64,000 bases of DNA from an uncultured cyanobacterium (GTDB lineage Bacteria; Cyanobacteriota; Cyanobacteriia; Cyanobacteriales; CAWCAG01), in NCBI GenBank assembly GCA_963803805.1, contig CAWDOD010000010.1, forward strand, positions 128,001 to 192,000, given 5' to 3'. Under the pieces are notes generated by a model. The model saw nothing but the letters and a program-made list of their open reading frames with translations. It was not told the origin of the DNA and did not search any database. Shown here piece after piece: positions 61,105 through 64,000 of this stretch. The position numbers and the translations under genes are program-made. Numbering within the stretch: position 1 is the stretch's first letter; every line of letters starts with the position of its first letter.

Positions 61105-61857
61105 ATGAAACCATTTTTATTTGTTACTGATTTAGATAATACTCTGGTAGGAGATGATGCTGCTTTGGCAACTCTTAATCAAAAGTTAAGTAAACATCGT
61201 CAAGAAAATGGTACTAAAATAGTTTATGCTACCGGGCGATCGCTCTATCTCTATCGGCAATTAGCCCAGGAAAAAACTCTTTTAACCCCCGATGCCCTCA
61301 TCGCTTCTGTGGGTACAGCTATTTTCAGTAACCCCGAAGATGATACCTACGATCCTCAATGGGCAGAGGTGCTATCTCCAGGGTGGGATAGGGAGAAAAT
61401 TGTCGAGATTGGCACTAGCTTTACTCAATTAGTCCCTCAGCCAGAATACGAACAGTTTGAGTATAAGGTTAGTTATCATATTCCCGAAACCGAAGCAAAA
61501 GAAGTTATTCCCGCTTTGAAAGAGAAGCTAACCAGTGCAGGTTTTAAAATTAATCTGATTTACAGTGGTAGCCTTGATCTTGATATTTTGCCGGAAAATG
61601 GCAACAAGGGTTTAGCGGTAAAATTCCTTCAGGAGAAGTTGGGATTCCAACCTGAAGATACAGTTGTCTGTGGTGATTCCGGTAATGATATCGCTTTATT
61701 TAAGGTTGGTAAGTCGCGAGGAATTATGGTGGGCAATGCTAAACATGAACTTCGGGAATGGTATCAAGCCCAAGGTAAGTCTTATCATTATCTTGCTCAA
61801 AGTTCATGTTCAGGAGGAATTTTAGAAGGATTGAAGCATTTCAAGTTCTTACCATAA
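61105..61857 (+). CDS. spp: Sucrose-phosphate phosphatase (HAD IIB)
   Basis: FVTDLDNTLVG, YATGRS, YSGSLDLDILP, NKG, CGDSGND, GILEGL. Confidence 0.92.
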   Translation: MKPFLFVTDLDNTLVGDDAALATLNQKLSKHRQENGTKIVYATGRSLYLYRQLAQEKTLLTPDALIASVGTAIFSNPEDDTYDPQWAEVLSPGWDREKIVEIGTSFTQLVPQPEYEQFEYKVSYHIPETEAKEVIPALKEKLTSAGFKINLIYSGSLDLDILPENGNKGLAVKFLQEKLGFQPEDTVVCGDSGNDIALFKVGKSRGIMVGNAKHELREWYQAQGKSYHYLAQSSCSGGILEGLKHFKFLP

Positions 61858-62072
61858 AAAGAACTGTGGTTAATTTTGCTCAAACCATGACTTGGAAAGG
61901 AAAACATCCAGAAGTTAAGTTGGTCAAGCAGACTTATCATACAGGAGTAAAGCTAATACCCAATCAAATGAAGCAAGTTGAATCTCATCTAGAGCGTTTT
62001 AGGGAGTTAGGTCGATGGTTGGTGGACATCTTTTGTCTTTGACGGAAGATTTTATTTTCTTGACTTCCCATA
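61858..62072 (+). mobile_element. ISAzo13-family transposase 3' remnant with probable right end
   Basis: FAQTMTWKGKHP.V.LV..TY.TGVKL...LG.W.VDI resembles the C-terminus of ISAzo13 transposases; no 5' part present. Confidence 0.72.
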
Positions 62073-62083
62073 AAGCCATAATT

Positions 62084-63079
62084 TTAGTTCAAATTAGAGA
62101 TTTGAGTTGCTGTAGCTAAACCTGATGCTAGGGCAGATTCTATTGAATTGCCCCCACACCAATCGCCACAACAAATCAGGGGCAAAGGTTGATTAGTTTC
62201 TAGATAAACTTCATTAATAAATTGCTCAGGAATACTATAACGCCAGCGATGAATTTGATACCATTGAGGCTCTTTTAATTCAATACCGAAAAGTTCCCCA
62301 GTGCGAGACAACAATTTTTGTGCTACAGGTTCTAAATTAGTTGTGTCTAAATACTTTTGAGCAAATTCTGTTGTGCTGTGAATAACTAAAACTGGTACTG
62401 GAGATTGACTTCTTTTGCTACTATCTAAACTCAGCCAGGCTAAGTAAGAATCTTCTTGAAGAGAAACAAAAGGTTGCTTATTTAATTGCTTGGGTAAAAC
62501 CGTAGCAGTATTGTAACCAGCCATAACGCTTAAGCAAGGATTGAACTTAATCTGATGTAACTTCCCTAGAAAATCAGGATTTAAACCTTTGGTAATTAAA
62601 GGTTCTAACAAAGTTACTGCTTGGGGGGCTGGTATAGCCATGACGACAGCTTTAGCAGTTAAATTCTCTTGAGAATCTAAGGTTAAATGCCAAGTTTGTG
62701 CTTCAGTCGGTTCAATTTTTTCAACCCGACTTTGCCGCCAAACTTCTAAATCCTTGCCGATGAATTTAGCGATTTCGCTCATACCTTGGGGAGCAATATA
62801 GGTATCAGGAAATTGGCTGTGCCAAGGTTGAATAATATTTTCTTGGTGGAGGCGCTGAATAAGCTGCCCAGACAACTTACCTTGGGGTTGTAGGTAAGGT
62901 AAGCCATGATCTACCCGTAAGTCATTAATACGTCGCGTTGCAACCCTTCCTCCCAAACCGCGAGACTTTTCTAATACCACAACTCGGCTACCGAGTTGAG
63001 AAAGTTCCTTGGCGCAACTCAGCCCCGTTAAGCCAGCACCAATCACCGCAACATCAAATAAGGTTAAGTTATTATTCAT
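62084..63079 (-). CDS. Renalase-like NAD(P)/FAD-dependent oxidoreductase
   Basis: VIGAGLTG, EKSRGLGGRVATRR, HRWRYS, CGDW...IESALASG. Confidence 0.9.
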   Translation of the reverse strand: MNNNLTLFDVAVIGAGLTGLSCAKELSQLGSRVVVLEKSRGLGGRVATRRINDLRVDHGLPYLQPQGKLSGQLIQRLHQENIIQPWHSQFPDTYIAPQGMSEIAKFIGKDLEVWRQSRVEKIEPTEAQTWHLTLDSQENLTAKAVVMAIPAPQAVTLLEPLITKGLNPDFLGKLHQIKFNPCLSVMAGYNTATVLPKQLNKQPFVSLQEDSYLAWLSLDSSKRSQSPVPVLVIHSTTEFAQKYLDTTNLEPVAQKLLSRTGELFGIELKEPQWYQIHRWRYSIPEQFINEVYLETNQPLPLICCGDWCGGNSIESALASGLATATQISNLN

Positions 63080-63335
63080 TAACTGCTTTCACTTATGGCA
63101 ACTCAAATAATTTTAATGTTAGAATTTATTTCATCTGCCTTAAGATAGAAGTAGGAAATATTTGAAGAATTAACTAGTGTAGAAGAACAGCAACCTCTTA
63201 GGATTGTTTATTCTTTTTCAATCTACCCTTAAATTATTCACCAAACCAATCTTCTATTTCTGCCTTAGAGACGCCCTTACTAAATCTAAATTTTGCAAGT
63301 ATTCATCAGGCTGAACCATCTACCTCAAAAACTTT

Positions 63336-63818
63336 ATGAAAGACTTTCAACTAATAGATGCCAAAATCTCTTGCGAGTTACCTCCTAGCCAGTTAATACC
63401 CAAGTTCCAAATTGCAGTAAGAAAACTTGTGGATACATGGCACAAGTATAAACCCAATGATTCTTTGTCAGGAACTAGGAAGCAAGATTTACAAGACCTA
63501 CAAAGTATTCTCCACCAATATCAACAATTTTCTTCAGAAGAATTGCAGCAAAAGTTTTGGCAAGGTTATTTTGAAGGAAAAAGCAATCGCAGAACGATCA
63601 AAAAAAGCACCAACCTCACTCCTTCTTTGCTATCTTCTTTGTTCAGCAATCAAAAAAAAGAAGCTTTCGCTTTAGGAGTAAAAACAGGCTGGCAGTACGC
63701 CCGACTCAAAAGCTATTTAGTTAGGATTGAAAATATCGAGAAAGAACAGCTTAAAAGATATAAAGAAATGATGTTATCTCAAAAAGCTAATCCTCACAAT
63801 CTTGATTATACTTTTTAA
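63336..63818 (+). CDS. Hypothetical protein
   Basis: 160-aa ATG ORF, no motif recognised. Confidence 0.6.
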   Translation: MKDFQLIDAKISCELPPSQLIPKFQIAVRKLVDTWHKYKPNDSLSGTRKQDLQDLQSILHQYQQFSSEELQQKFWQGYFEGKSNRRTIKKSTNLTPSLLSSLFSNQKKEAFALGVKTGWQYARLKSYLVRIENIEKEQLKRYKEMMLSQKANPHNLDYTF

Positions 63819-63850
63819 TGGCTAATGGCTAATGGCTAATAGCTAGTGGT
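63816..63850 (+). repeat. Heptamer short tandem repeat (STRR-like)
   Basis: TAATGGC x3, TAATAGC, TAGTGGT. Confidence 0.8.
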
Positions 63851-63871
63851 TAAAACTGATAAGGAGAAAAA

Positions 63872-64000
63872 ATGCCCCCTCGCTGGCCACGCCAACCTGA
63901 CCGCAACGACTTAGAATATCGTCGTTTAGATGACCGGATGAACTTTGCTATTCATGTTGCTTTCTGCGCTACTTGCAATTCTGGTTTGTGGTTTTTTCAT
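63872..64000 (+). CDS. Small cyanobacterial membrane protein (2TM-like), 3'-truncated
   Basis: AAGGAG RBS; MPPRWPRQPDRNDLEYRRLDDRMNFAIHVA...NSGLWFF. Confidence 0.75.
   Translation, partial: MPPRWPRQPDRNDLEYRRLDDRMNFAIHVAFCATCNSGLWFFH

Overview
Cyanobacterial chromosomal segment (16S/23S signatures, frequent HIP1 octamer GCGATCGC, ARTO oxidase, CIRCE-controlled groEL2). Two near-identical, directly repeated rrn operons (16S-tRNAIle-tRNAAla-23S-5S; about 2528-7899 and 24339-29711) bracket a ~16.4 kb segment. That segment holds an ABC1 kinase, a membrane protein, groEL2, a YdcF protein, a repeat-tailed CHASE2 protein, rplI and the most notable element: an AT-rich, translationally coupled gene pair (18042->11330, minus strand). 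The pair encodes a 1017-aa protein whose C-terminal ~450 aa read by eye as a divergent, apparently non-catalytic MID-PIWI (Argonaute-like) module, and a ~1220-aa SF2 helicase with a possible N-terminal PD-(D/E)xK-like domain. It is a candidate undescribed Argonaute-helicase defence system analogous to DdmDE and pPIWI-RE; the fold calls are unverified inference. The right half carries thrB, glcF, signalling genes, an FHA-like protein, an NTPase-TPR protein, a ~17 kb sugar-oxidation/respiration cluster (GH63, ARTO, NDH-2, MFS, GMC, glucose dehydrogenase, gluconolactonase), spp and an ISAzo13 remnant. The four frameshifts and the one rrn substitution I found fall at or beside GATC/GGCC motifs, which suggests methylation-linked sequencing errors. 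All assignments come from motif reading; no searches were run.
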